Of a stretch of DNA of 64,000 nt, positions 1 through 12,119 are shown piece by piece (within the stretch, counting starts at the first letter, position 1; every line of letters begins with the position of its first letter). The stretch covers positions 65,906,001 to 65,970,000 of the forward strand of contig OZ038378.1 of assembly GCA_964036045.1 (NCBI GenBank), given 5' to 3'. This stretch comes from Eutreptiella sp. 'Long Island Sound 2002' (Eukaryota; Protista; Euglenida). The notes below the pieces were generated by a model. The model had not been told where the DNA came from, ran no database searches, and worked only from the letters and a program-made list of their open reading frames with translations. The position numbers were made by a program, and so were the translations under genes.

Positions 1-711
1 GCCATACACCTCATTTAACAACAAGAATGGAGCTACTATGCACAAAGATCGAATAGGACGAGGACAACGAGACCTCCATGAGGGAACATCCGGCATCAGT
101 TTACAAAGGTGACGGATACACGGTCAAATAAGGCACACTGGTATGCCTGCTTGCACCTTGTTGGCCACATTCCTGGCGGTATGTGAATGTAGCTTTTTGG
201 ATAGCGGCCTATGGGTGTCGGTGTGTGGTTCCATACAAACCAGTTAAAATTATTGATTTTGCGCGATGCTTCTCCGTGATCATTTGCCTGGCTCTAGATA
301 CACTTGTTGTTAACCTCTTTTGCTGTGCATTGCCCCTTGCCATGGATTGAGATGGCCTTTTGTTGGACAAGTGTTTTGTCCCACACAAAATGGTTCAACT
401 TAGTGGCCTGCGGACGCTTCTTTGTGATTATATGTATGGTTCTAGAAATGATCCTTGAGGCAAAGGGTCCTTTTCCGGCGTTGTACTTAGGACACTGTGT
501 GCAAGGCCTAGTTTCTGCTGGCAAGCTGAGTGTATTTCTTGGGATCAAATGCATGTACCTGCGGCTCACTTGGAAATGTGAAGTTGGGGCTCAATTGGGG
601 CTAACACTGCTCATTTGGGGCTAAGTGGTGTTTTTCAAGGCGTTTCATGTGAAAAGTTGTGTCTTTTGGGGCTGGCTTGGGGTTTTGGAATGTCCCCAAA
701 GGGATACCAAT

Positions 712-905
712 CCCTAGTCCAAGAGGATTCGACCGGGGTTTTTTTTTCGACGGCTCAGTTGATTGAGCACCCCGACTGAGCCGTCACCGAGCTGTCACTG
801 AGCCGGCTCACATAGCTCTCACTTAGCCCTCACTTAGCTCTCACTGAGCGCGCCAAATGGCTCACTGAGCGCTCGCTGAGCGCTCACTTAGAGCTAATGG
901 GGGGC
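712..905 (+). repeat. E1 left terminal inverted repeat / subterminal motif array
   Basis: cggctcagttgattgagc...ctcactgagcgcgccaaatggctcactgagcgctc matches the reverse complement of 9525-9672. Confidence 0.85.
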
Positions 906-957
906 TCATTTAGGGCTCAGTGAACATGCACGCGCACAAATCTGCCATCATACGCAC

Positions 958-2665
958 TTAGTTGGTCCTTTGTCGCAATGCACGTTCCACAATCCTCCGC
1001 ACCATGTTCTCTCTCCCTTTCCTCTCCCGCCGGGGACGTGACCAAGTCGTGTAGTGGCGTTGGAACCCCCTTTGCTTGGTCACAGCCCTACTCTCCACCT
1101 CCCAACCTTCCTTGCGGAGGTTATCATCTAGTGTGTGGTTATCCACCACACATTGCAAGCCCGACCTATCGTTCAGCAAGCTGACCCCCCCACTATTCGT
1201 AAGCCGCCGTTTCAGTCGCACATGGCTGCCCTCCAATGCAAAGCAACTAAGCTTTGCAATGGTCCCGCACCGTGCAACATACACATACGTGTGGTCAATC
1301 CACATTTGTGTCCACAAGGTCTTCCCCCATCCCAGGTCAAGGTGCCTTGCCCCCATGGTCACTTGGCGTTGCAGCAAGGCACGTTGTTTAGCACCACTCA
1401 GAAAGTTGTCCTTCCAGGCCACCTCGGCCATGGCAGCAAACACCCCCCACCACTCCGTAGACACATCAATGCATGGCTTGTCCCCCACTTGATGGTTCCA
1501 CATCACCGGTGCAACCAGCTGCAACAGTGGGCCCCGCATCAAGGCCTTGACAAAGTGCGCAGCAGCCCCCAGCTCAATGCGCACTTGTCTTTAATTTGAC
1601 TTGTCCGCCCCCCACTTTCCACGCTGCACTCTGCGGGCCACTTTCCGTGTCCCGTTTAGAACCCCCTGCACCATGGTAGCCGCACTCTTCCTAGATACTC
1701 CTCCATGGGTCACGAGCTCCCGCTCAATTCCATTGACCCCCGCAATTGGAACATGCATGACTCCATGCACACCGAAGTCAGGAACACGGCGGTCCGCCGC
1801 GATGTCACGAAACACCCCGGTCGGACGTACATGGCCCTTGATCCCTTCCACGGCGACCTCTTGTCCCCCGAACGGGCGCAAAATCGTTTCACGGTTTGTG
1901 CCGCAGCAGCGGCACACCATGGCCCCGGGGCTCTTCTTGGTGAAGCCGTCCCCGCCGGCCGGCATGATGTGGGCCTTGCCATCAGCCTGGACGAAGAATA
2001 GGGGGCTGCGCGCCACCCCATCCGCATGCGGCAGTTGCACGGCCGTAGCAGCGCGTAGCTGAGTATCGAAGTCAAATTCCGATTGCATGCTCCACACCAC
2101 GGCCCACATCTCGCTACCCTGAAACAGCCACCAAATGGCAAGCTGTGTGGGCCCACAACCCGGTGCAGCCACGGCACAGTGCACGTAGGCCCCGTTCCAG
2201 CGGTTGGTCCCGTCAACGCCGATTGTCAGCCAGCTGTTGCGCCTGCGCGCCCGGTTGCAAGGCTTCCGGTGTGCGTACGGCTCGCCCTTCATACACCAGG
2301 GCTAGCTGCTCAGCAATATTGCAGTACGCTCCTTGTATTTTGTACCCCCCCTCAAGAATACAAACCCGCTGGCTAGCGGGTTGACTGAGGTGCTTCAGCC
2401 ACGGGGCCACGTTGGCCCAGCTAACGGTGCTGTCCAAGTCGGGCAGCAGGTAGGCCATGTCGCGGCGCGATATCTCGGAACTGCGCATCCGCCACAGCAC
2501 GCACAAGGCCTCCGACTTGTTGTCGGGGTTTGTGTCCGTGGGCCGGCTGTAGTCCTCAGGGACTAGCAGAATGCTACCATCGGGTTGGAGCTCAGACTGA
2601 TATTGCTCACATAGGGAGGCCGCCACCACGGCCTCCAAATCCTCAAGCCGGGTGGCGCGCTGGCG
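958..2665 (-). pseudogene. Degenerate DDE transposase (CMC/Mirage-Transib-like)
   Basis: Joined ORFs 2213-2797, 1591-2292 and 958-1584 give IGVDG (D1), QADGKAH (D2), CRCC, VHGVMH, WTQMWIDH and CFALEGSHVRLKR (E). There is one in-frame TAA at 1591-1593 and a frameshift near 2380. An AG acceptor lies near 2666. Confidence 0.7.
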
Positions 2666-3219
2666 CTGCGTCCCCAACAGGGAAAAGGGACACTTAGATG
2701 GCATTTTGTGTAGTACTTGTGGTCTAGGTGTAGTGCCACATGCGGTCCCCGTGCTTGTGGCACAATTAACTCTGTTGATATCTCTTTGCCCCCCCACCTG
2801 TTTCCCCTTGATTGTTGTCCCTTTCTAGCCCCCCTCCCCCTTGCCCCTACAGGATTCACACTCTATGCCGGGGAGGGGTTGTGGGGTTGCACCAGGGTGT
2901 TTGTCCCATCCCCCCCCCCTCCCCCCCCGGGGATGCCGCCAGGGTGTTTGTCCCATCCCCCCCCCCCTCCGGGGGTGCGTCTGGGGTGTTTGTCACATCG
3001 TTCCCCGTCACCCCCACTCCCGTGGTCCCCTCTCATGCCCCCCCCCCGGGTGATGGCGGAATATGCGTTGCAGCCCCCCCCCCCCCCCCACAGCCATGGC
3101 ACTCACCCTGTTACCAGTCTCTGGTGGTAGGTGGCATATCCCCCCCACACCCCCTGCCCACAACCACCAATTAGTGGTGGCCAACGGCCGGAGGGCCCAG
3201 CCGTCCACCCGAATGAGAG

Positions 3220-3290
3220 CTCACCGCGCCGTTTGGCGCGCTCAGTGAGCGCGCCAAACAGCTCAGTGAGCTCTCAGGTGGCTCTCAGTC
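3220..3290. repeat. Internal copy of the E1 subterminal motif array
   Basis: ttggcgcgctcagtgagcgcgccaaacagctcagtgagctctc, the same motif as the E1 TIRs. Confidence 0.8.
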
Positions 3291-3429
3291 ACTTTAGGCC
3301 TGCACATGGGCACTACACAAGCAACACACAAGAGGCTGAACGTGGTTGAATGCTACAAAATGACGGTGTGCATTCGATCCCAACATACCAATGGGGCCGG
3401 ATGTCGCCCTGATGAAGGAAGCGTTCTGG

Positions 3430-4140
3430 AAAACAGGCACACAACAGGACTGAAAGTTGTGGCCCCAGGCCTGCTTGAAAAATTTCGGCTCCGTGGAGTG
3501 CCCGCTAATAATGTTTTCAAAAAGCCATGCACCTGGAATTGGCAGGCTGACAGAATGAATCACGGCACGTTGACCTATGGAAAAGAGGTACACAACAGGG
3601 CTGGAAGTGGTGGCGCCCGGCTTGCTTAAAAAATTTTGGCTCTGTGAAGTGTGCAACAATACTGTTTTCAGATATAGATGAATTACTTGAAACTGTAATT
3701 GGCAGACCGACGGAATGAATCACAGCACTTGGACCCGTGGAAAAAACGCACACAACAGGGCTGCAAGTGGTGGCCCTAGGCTTGCTTGAAAAATTTCGGC
3801 TCCGTGAAGTGCGGAACAATAATGTTTTTAGATACACATGAATTACATGCAACTCTAATTGGCAGACTGACGCAATGAATCACAGCATCTAGACCTGTGA
3901 AAAGCATGCTCAAATCTGTGGCTCCAATCCCCCTAGAAAAAAACTTCGGCACTATGAAGTGCTCAACAATGATATCCTCAACTATATGGATATTAACATA
4001 CAACTGCAATAGGCTGATTGGGTGACAGCCTCGCGCGCTTGGAGCTGTGCAAAATATGCTCAAATTGGCCCGAAGCCTGCAGTAAAAAAACCTCAGCACT
4101 GTGGACGGCTCAACAATACTGTCAACAACTATATACGAAC
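3430..4140 (+). repeat. Degenerate ~150-160-bp tandem repeat, ~5 copies
   Basis: cacaacagg recurs at 3440, 3591 and 3751; the block gaaaaatttcggctc...aacaat recurs in each unit. Confidence 0.8.
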
Positions 4141-4262
4141 CATGTAGCGGTGGGCCCTTTCCCCGGCTGCAGCTGCCCCCAGTGCGCACACAACCATGCA
4201 GGTAGGGTTATGTGCGTGGCGGCATTGAGAGGCGGAAAGTCCAGGTTTCGGGGGTCAAGCGG

Positions 4263-5051
4263 CTACCACAATGCCGCAGTTCCAGGGACAGATGACCCCG
4301 GACTGCCAACCACGGGTCGTGGCTCCCACCGAGGCTGCTGAGCAGCCGCCACCACCTCCGACCGATACTGGCGATCGCCGTTCTGCAGGCGGATTGTCAC
4401 TTCCGCGTCCACCTTCGGCAGGTTGTCCACGTTCAGGTCCGGCATCGTGGTTGTTTGAGCGAGCCCCGCGATGGTCTGCAGCTGCTGGCATGACGACCTT
4501 GCCTCGGCCTCCAACAGCCCCGATGCCAGGAATTGCATGGACTGCGCGCTGAAGGTGGCGCCGGGCGCAACCGGAACCATTGACTGCGAGGGGGATGCAA
4601 CCCCTGCCCAAGATTCAATGGGCTTCAAGCCCTGGGACCGCTGCAGCACCTCCAAGCGTGCCTCAGCGGTAGCCCCTTGGCGGTCAGCGTCCACGAGCTT
4701 GGCTTGCAGGTCGTCCCGTTGCCGCTTGACCGTGTGCAGCTCCTCCTTGAGACGGGTGGCTGCTTCCGCTGCCAAACAGGCAACATCCCGCTCATGGCGG
4801 AACTGGTCACGGTCGCGGCATGCCTCCCGGTACACGGCCATGGGCACCGTGCCCGGAGATCTAGGGTCACGAAGGGGGCTGCCGAGAGCCGCTTTCTGCG
4901 GTGCGGATGCACTTCTCTTGCCCGTTGCAGTCGCCGCCAGCTTTTTTTTTAGGGGGGGGGGTGCTGTCCTTGGCTGCCTGCTTGTTTCCTTTCTGAACCC
5001 AACTGCGGGCACTATGGTAACTCCGGCCGCCTGCACTGCGGGTGCCATCAC
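4263..5051 (-). CDS. E1 accessory ORF, coiled-coil protein of unknown function (degenerate frames extend to ~5680)
   Basis: 262-aa ORF with heptad-like segment AEAATRLKEELHTVKRQRDDLQAKLVDADRQ and basic KKKL patch. Confidence 0.4.
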   Translation of the reverse strand: MMAPAVQAAGVTIVPAVGFRKETSRQPRTAPPPLKKKLAATATGKRSASAPQKAALGSPLRDPRSPGTVPMAVYREACRDRDQFRHERDVACLAAEAATRLKEELHTVKRQRDDLQAKLVDADRQGATAEARLEVLQRSQGLKPIESWAGVASPSQSMVPVAPGATFSAQSMQFLASGLLEAEARSSCQQLQTIAGLAQTTTMPDLNVDNLPKVDAEVTIRLQNGDRQYRSEVVAAAQQPRWEPRPVVGSPGSSVPGTAALW

Positions 5052-5969
5052 CCCCCCCTCGCCCCTCCGTCACCTCCCCATCACTGACCACATCTGGGTC
5101 GATGACGTCCACCCCCAGTGCACTGGCAGGGAAGGTGGCGACGTGCCCGCGCATGGCCTGCCGCGCCTCCGAAAAAAACCCCTCCCCCTGCACTTCCCAT
5201 GACGCCACCTCCTGAAAAGGAATGGCGCCGGCGCGGGCCAGCAACGCGCCTCCCCCCTCCGTCCCCACAGCAATGTCCAAACACCAGTGTTTGGACCTCA
5301 GCCGGCCTACAAAAAATCCCCCTCCCCAGCCACCAGCCCACACTCATCGGTGACGGTCAGGCTGCACGGCAGGTGCATCTAGGTTGACGTCCTATGCTGC
5401 GGGGCGGTGCACCCGTCGAGGGTGATGCTCCAATACCACCTCTCGGTGGAGTGCCGCGGTGCCCCCTTCACGTTCACCGTCCGGGTAAGGAGGTACGCCG
5501 GGGCCGGCTGCTTGTTGGCCGGGGCAATGATGAGCCCCAAGAAGCCCGCGCGTACATCACCGGCCCGGGGTGCCCGCACCGAAGGGAAAGGGACCGGGGA
5601 CCCGATGGATAGGTCGGCGAGTGATGGGCCTAAAGGCCCCTGACCCATGTCAACCGGCGCTGCCTCCTCGGCGCGCACCTGTCAGCATCGTGGGGCCCGC
5701 TGCTGATGCCCCCGGTACCGGCTCGTTCCTCGCTGACGCCAGTTGCAGTTGCCGTCGAAGCGGAGGGCGTGAGGCAGAACCGCGGTCACCTTCGCTAGGC
5801 GCCGCGAACGTTACCGGGCGTTGGTTCTGTGTTTTGCTGCCGCTTGCATCAACCAGATGCTTATGCAGGGGGAATTGAGCCTGCAAATGTAGGGGGGGCA
5901 CTCCAAAAGTACCAGCTTCACTAAGGATGAAAATGGAAGCAAAGCACCGCAACGCCCTGGTCCCGTGTT

Positions 5970-6150
5970 CCACCTCACTGAGAGCTCACTAAGCTGTAAG
6001 TGAGAGCTAAATGGGCTCAGTGAGCGCTCATGGGCCATTTGGCGCGCTCACTGAGCGTGCCAAATGGCGCACTGAGCGCTCACCGAGCGCGCCAAATGGC
6101 GCAGTGAGCGCTCACTGAGCGCGCCAAATGGCTCGGTCAGCTCTCAGCTG
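5970..6150. repeat. Internal copy of the E1 subterminal motif array
   Basis: Several gagcgctcactgagcgcgccaaatgg units, the same motif as the E1 TIRs. Confidence 0.85.
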
Positions 6151-6959
6151 CACCTCCAGACTGGCAACTGCAATAGGCGGCAGGACGATGGAGCCGCCTC
6201 AGCACAGCCCCATGCAGGCCATACACAGGCCCCATACAGGCCCCATACAGGCCCCGTACGGGCCCCATAAAGGTCAGCACCAGACTGGCACGGCCTGTGT
6301 AGGAGGCCCACTCGCGGGCCACCTTGTGCACATCTTAAGGCCACTCGCGGGGCATTACGCGCATGACACACATGCCTAGAGCAGCAAAGGACCCCTTGCC
6401 AGCCCTAAGCCCCACAGGCCCACAGCCAAACCCACCTTTCCAAAACACCCCGGTGCACCCCACCACCACCCAGCCGCGCCCACTACCGATATCCCCCCCA
6501 AGCACCCCGGTGTGAAGGGCAGGGGGAGAAGGGAGGAAGACCCTGCCGCTGCAGATGCGGCGCATCGAAAGCGGGACCTCGGCACCCGCATCGCTCCTTG
6601 TACAGCGCTTCTCCGCCCCGCGATGCCAGGAGAAGCCAAGCAGCAAACCCTGCTGGGCAGAGATGGGGTGAGAAGAGGGGCCCAATGCTGCTGCAATAGG
6701 GCGGCCTCCCCGGTCGCACTGTTACCCAGGTCGAGCCATGAAGGCCCGCTCGTCCACAGGACGTCGCTTTCCTCCACGTACACGTGGCACATGGGGTCGG
6801 CGGCGTCCAGGGAAGGCCTCGCCAGCAGCACCGGGTGGTATGCGTAGCCGGGGCTTGCCGGACCCACAGGGGCTAGCCAGTCGTCCAGTTGCTCAAACCG
6901 CGGCAGACCGACCGCGCCCTGCAGTCCCTCGCCGAAGGTGAAGTACTGCCCCTAGTGGC

Positions 6960-7842
6960 TGGGAGCCCTTGGGTTGGGCCGCGGCCCGTCTCCCCCTGGC
7001 CGTGAAGCCAGCTCATCTTGGCCCCTAGCAGAGGGTGGGGGATGAACCGTTCCACGTCCATCCACTTGTGACGCTCGTCGGGGGTGAGGAAGCGGAAGAG
7101 AACAACCTGCTTCCCCACCCCCGGCAGCGTGGCGAGACACCTATGTCTTAGCGTGGAGGCAAAGAGAACCATGTCCCCGCGCTCAAACTCGAAGGTCTCG
7201 ACACGCAGAGCGTGAGGCTCTCCTAGGTGGCTGCCCAAGTGCACCTCCAATTGATACTTGTCCGAGAGGACAAGCATCATTGAATGATGCCTGGGCAGCT
7301 CACCCTTGCTAGGGAGCGTACCTAGCAACTTATAAGACGCCGGTATGACAGGTCTGCTCCTTAGCATCTTCCCCGGCGGCAATTGCCGCCCACCGCGTTG
7401 GGAAGAGATCCTTCATCTCGGGCCAGCAAGCACTGCACTGCTGACTAGCCCGTTGCAAGGGGTCCCTTCCCAACACAGAGATAAGCTTGCCGGGCCGAGT
7501 ACCCCAACGCCGCGGCAGTTTGGGATCTGCCAAGCACTCCTCGCGAGAGTGTGCATTGGACAGCAGATCCCAAACTGCATCCGGCTGGGTGCCGCAGGAG
7601 TCGACGAGAATGCGGTACCAGTTCTCGCACTCCTTGGCCTGTATAGCCCCCCTAGCCACCCGGAGTCCCAAGTCGCACAAGGACACATCCGACTCAAGGT
7701 CATGAGCAGGGAGTTCATGTGAGAATACCGGGGCAGCCAGGGAGATATAGGGGGGAGGGGAGGCAGCACCGCGGAGGAACACGGACTCCTTGGTCCTGTA
7801 TGGGGCCAGGGTGGTGCAGTCGGGCACCACATGGCACCGTGG
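6960..7842 (-). pseudogene. 2-oxoglutarate/Fe(II) dioxygenase (PhyH-like) domain, frameshifted
   Basis: ORF 7330-7830 ends AAIAAGEDAKEQTCHT(G). ORF 6873-7382 gives FERGDMVLFASTLRHR...KQVVLF. Together these fit an HxD...H...basic layout. Restoring 2 nt (CATACCG[AC]GCG) gives HTD and joins the two frames. Confidence 0.55.
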
Positions 7843-8106
7843 TTACGGCGCAGAAAATGTGTGCCGATGACAATGTCAAAAACGTCGGTGTTGAGCACCT
7901 TGCAGTGCTGAGTCACGTGCTCATCGCCCAGATACACGGTCACATCGACCCCCCCCCACGGAATCGATGGTCCGACCATCCCGAACCCTTATGGCCACGG
8001 TTTTGGTTTTCCGGATCCTGGCTTGTTTCAGCAGTTTGCGGGCCACGATTGAAAGCGTAGCGCCCGTGTCTAAGACAACCTTGTAGACCTGATCACCAAT
8101 TTTCAT
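7843..8106 (-). pseudogene. Retroelement aspartic protease
   Basis: YKVVLDTGATLSIV (DTG active site) and FDIVIGTHFLRRN; frameshift near 7960. Confidence 0.85.
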
Positions 8107-9429
8107 GGTGATCCAGAAAACCAGATCCTCATCCTCGGAGCCGCCCCCCTATCCCTCTTCAGGGAAGTTGACCTCAACCCCAGCGGCCTGCAGGCACTTA
8201 GAGTGCCAATTGAGGCGGTGCCTCTTGGCGTTCTCGCTGCTCTTGTCGGCGCCACCAGCGCTGGGGGTGGAGGGGGCAGACCGTTTTTCACCCGACGGCT
8301 CACCCTTAGGTGTGGGGGTGGGTGCTCCTCTTCCACCAGTGGGGGGGGCTGAGGACCTTCGTCCTCCACCAGGGTTACCCTTACCCTTAGAACCCCCAGG
8401 GTTAGCCCCCCCCCCCCCTAAGGTCTTCCACCCTTACCGGCGTTCTTACGCCGTTCCTCTTCCGCTTTCTGTAGTTTTTCGGATTCGCGGCGTTTTATGT
8501 GGCATTCATCTTCATAATGCCTCCTCTTGCCGCAATATCCGCACGTCATCGTGCAGCGGAAATGGTCTTGGTGCTTTACCTCCTGACCATCTTTGGTTTT
8601 CTGCGTGCGCTTCAGTTGGAGCATGCACGCACTTCGCCCATCACAGTCGGGCGCGTGGCAGGGTCCACCCTTATCGTCCGTAGGACGACAGTAGAAACGA
8701 TTGGGGGCCCCTTTACCTTTGGAGGGCGGGGTCTCAGTCATGTGCTTCAGCTGCCCACCACGGCCCTTCCCAAGGTTAGAGTGGGGTTGAGGCGACCTCC
8801 CTCCAGGAGACTTCTCAGCAGGGGTCTCCCTTCGCAGATGTTTGCGCGGATATTTGTCCATGTGGGAGTCATTCTCCCTCTTCATGGCCAATTCGATCAA
8901 CAGATCGACCAGGTCATCGTACTCGGGATGATGGGACAAGCCGAAGTGCTTTCCCACCATTCTCCTGACACCACCCCAACCCCGAAAGGCAGGGCCTCAA
9001 GGAGTCCCTTCTTGGGTCCAACATGGCTGACACCAAGATCTGCAGTCCAGCCGTGCTGCAGATCTTTGGTGTCAATAAGCCGTGTCCCGAACTCGTGGGG
9101 GCTGAGGACTGCCGACACAAATCTTGGACAACAGCCACAGGAAAGCGGAAGCGTACGGCACGAATAGTTGGATGCACCAGTGGCAACATTCGGTTGCACC
9201 GGTGCATCCATCTCTTTCCAACAAGGGTCACATCGGACACGGTGATGTGGACCACGTCTGGGGAAGGGGCGGGGAGCTACTAGGCCCACAACTTCAAAGG
9301 CTCCAAGCCTGTCGAAGGCACCCCCGGGTACGCTGCCTCTGTGAAAGCGGTAGGTACCCGGGGACGACTAAGGAAAGACGTGAGAGCCTTTGAAGCCGCT
9401 GGTTCCAGGCCTGGGGCGATATTAGACAT
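8107..9429 (-). pseudogene. Retroelement gag-like ORF with CCHC zinc knuckle
   Basis: CGYCGKRRHYEDEC knuckle in ORF 8418-8960, directly upstream of the protease. Probable ATG (MSNIAPG) near 9429; stops and frameshifts present. Confidence 0.7.
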
Positions 9430-9524
9430 GGTATGATAGAGAGGACCTATGGGAGCGAGAAGGAATGGATGGGTAGGTAGATAGGGGGGCGGAGGAGAGG
9501 CGGAAAGGGGGGGGAACCCTTTGA

Positions 9525-9713
9525 GTGACCCCCCAATTAGCTCTTAGTGAGCGCTCAGTGAGCCAATTGGCGCGCTCAGTGAGAGCTAAGTGAGAGCTAA
9601 GTGAGATCTAAGTGAGCCGTCTGAGTGACAGCTCGGTGACGGCTCAGTCGGGCGCTCAGTCAACTGAGCCGCCAAAAAAAGTACCCCCCCCCCCCTTGAA
9701 CCTTGACCAAGTG
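9525..9713 (-). repeat. E1 right terminal inverted repeat
   Basis: Reverse complement of 712-905. Confidence 0.85.
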
Positions 9714-9879
9714 AGTATCTATAACTTCTAAAAACATTAAATGCACATTACCTAGCATGCAAAAAGCACAACAAACAAGCACAAAGACATCGCAATGCAC
9801 AACTGAGCCCCAAATGAGCCCCACCTTCACATTTCCACTTAGCCACCAGTGAGCCGCAGGTACAGGTGCTGTTGAGGTA

Positions 9880-11200
9880 ATGAACAGCCTGGAGCGAACA
9901 GGACTGGAACCCAAATTGCATTACCGGAAGTGCATTGAAGGAATCTTCCCACCCGATTTGGAACAGCTCACACAAGCAGTTAAGGTCAGTCAGAGTGCTT
10001 TGCAGCAAATCTCCAAGCATTCCAAACGGATGAAGAGAGATAGGGTCCGGGAAATGCATCTTCTGCGTCCCAACAACGATCTAGTGGACCAAATGAGAAA
10101 AAATATGGGGGAGCACTCCCGCTGTGAAATAGTATTGATCTCACGCAGTGGCCTCGTTTTAAAGCACCATGGATGGAAATGGACGCGTCAGTCGAAATAC
10201 CCACCGTGTATGTGGTGATGGCACCGATTTGAAGTCTTGCAGCGTATACCGAGTTGCGGGAAGCCTTGAGAAGACCTTTGGTGAACCCACATCTAAAGAG
10301 TACCACAGATGCAAAGTACGCGACAATCCGAATGGCACCGGGCAGCATTCAGAAGGAAACAAGGCATCTCCAAGTGGGGAGGGGGTCTTGAATGTGTGTC
10401 CCATATCCCTTGGTGCCCCTGTGCCGCAATCAATTACTGTGCTTCCATACCAACTGGTTCTTGTCAACGTCCCCGTAAGCCACACGGGCAGGCTTGCATT
10501 TGTTGGTGAGCAACTGTTTGATGGCAAGGATTCTGGTGGTAGTGACCCAATTGATAGCCGATGTAAATGGAGTTGCGGAGTACGTGCGACGGACACATGA
10601 GAATGATGGATTCAACATGGTGCGGATTCTAGTGTTCCACATAGCTTGCATGACCGCCGAGTACACAATGGGACGGAGTGAAGTGTGGCTTATGTCAAGG
10701 GATCCCTTTGCCAAGAAGGTCTTGCCAGCTTGCCTCCTTGAGCCCCCCCCCCCCAAGGAACCTTGGAACGCGACTAGGTGCCAGTGGGTTGTCAATCCGT
10801 CCGCTAAAAAGTGTGCGTTGCCTATTCTTGGGGCCATGTCTGTTTACAAACACTTCACCGGCTGGTCACATGCTCAGGTGCCAACATACATTACCATCAC
10901 ATCTGGACCACTGGTGACCAATATTTATGCACAAGTGGTTGGATTCCCGATGAACCGCTTTTCTAGGGGATTGAGTATGAGGGACCAATTATTGGGTGCG
11001 GACGATTGGAAACACTGGTGAGCTAGCATGCAACATCGTCGTGCGGATGTGTTCTGTTGTGAATATTGTCGTTGGGACAACGAATAACGGCGTGAAGATA
11101 GAGGACCCCACTCAGGCGATTTGTAGGCATCTGAAGGACGTAGATCATTTGATGCCGGTGAAGGGACTCAAATTCTGCAAGCAATTGCTATCCGCCAATT
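9880..11200 (+). pseudogene. Decayed coding sequence of unknown type (possibly TE-derived)
   Basis: Consecutive protein-like ORFs 9880-10218, 10494-11021 and 10996-11214, broken by stops and frameshifts; no recognised domain. Confidence 0.3.
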
Positions 11201-12119
11201 TCTTGTGTTGCTGAATGCCCAGAGGGCTGTCCCGGAGATGGGACCAGTGAGGACGAGGATGACATTGTTGCCCCCCCCCCCCCCCCGCCAGGACCTACCT
11301 ATGCTGCGCCGAAGCCGATTGCCCCGCAAAACGGGGGCAAACGAACCTCGCAGAGCCATGATGGGAACCCGAAAGCAAAGGCTGCCAAATCAGCCAAGGC
11401 TCATTTGCCAACAGCAGCAACAGGCCCAGGTGAAGCAGCACCAATAGCATCCACCCCAAATAAAAGGGCCGGGTTCCAAGTTTGGAAAACCCGCACATTG
11501 CCGCAGAAAAAATAGTTGCATATTTCCTCTCGTTTCTTCTCTTCATCAGGCTTGACATTGCGTGCTCAGTTCACTGTTGAGCACTTTGGTACCGCTACAC
11601 TGGATCTTCCAGTGTTCTCGACGTAGGCCTATTGCATCAGATATATTTTTCATTTAAGCTTGCGTATGTACGTGGTATGCGCATTTTAGATTTTTAATGC
11701 ACGGTTTCCCAAAGCCGAGTATCTGCTTAGACACATTCCTTCCAATTCAGGCTCCATGAACCGATTGTATCAAGATACGTCTAGTTCCAGACACCTAGAC
11801 GAAAAAACGCTTCGCATTTCCAAATATTATTTTTGCTTCAACATTGCTGTAGATTGCATGTAGAAGGAGTGGTAGGTAGTATGTGTGGTGGTCAGGGAGG
11901 ACAAAGTGCACAAAAAGGTTGAAAATTATACTCTGCGCACGGGTTGCCAAAACCCCGGTCCCTGAAACCATGAAAAAAGTAATATTTGCGTACGCCAATG
12001 TGCCAAAACAAGGGGGCACAACAAGTGGTGTGAAATTTGGCCATGTTTATTCCTTTTCTTCACGTGCCCCTTTGGACACCCAAACCAGGCAGATTTCTGT
12101 TAGTTGGGCCGTCGACGTC

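Larger units (their letters stand above)
712..9713. mobile_element. E1: ~9-kb composite TIR DNA transposon (CMC/Transib-RAG1 clade)
   Basis: 750-905 and 9525-9672 are ~150-bp reverse complements built from CTCACTGAGCG-type motifs. The outer ends are CCCTAGTCCAAG (712) and, on the reverse strand, CACTTGGTCAAG (9713). A DDE transposase lies just inside the left end. No clean TSD (AT vs AG). Confidence 0.7.

Noticed and set aside
735-752. Euglenid spliced-leader tail (TTTTTTTTCG)
   Set aside because: Only the T-tract matches, the rest of the SL exon is absent, and it is part of the E1 terminal repeat
780-900. Resemblance of the GCTCACTGAG motif to the AAV ITR Rep-binding region
   Set aside because: No Rep/HUH or capsid gene and no T-shaped ITR; explained as transposon subterminal repeats
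6150-9520. LTRs flanking the gag-protease cassette
   Set aside because: No direct repeat found between ~6150-6500 and ~9430-9520
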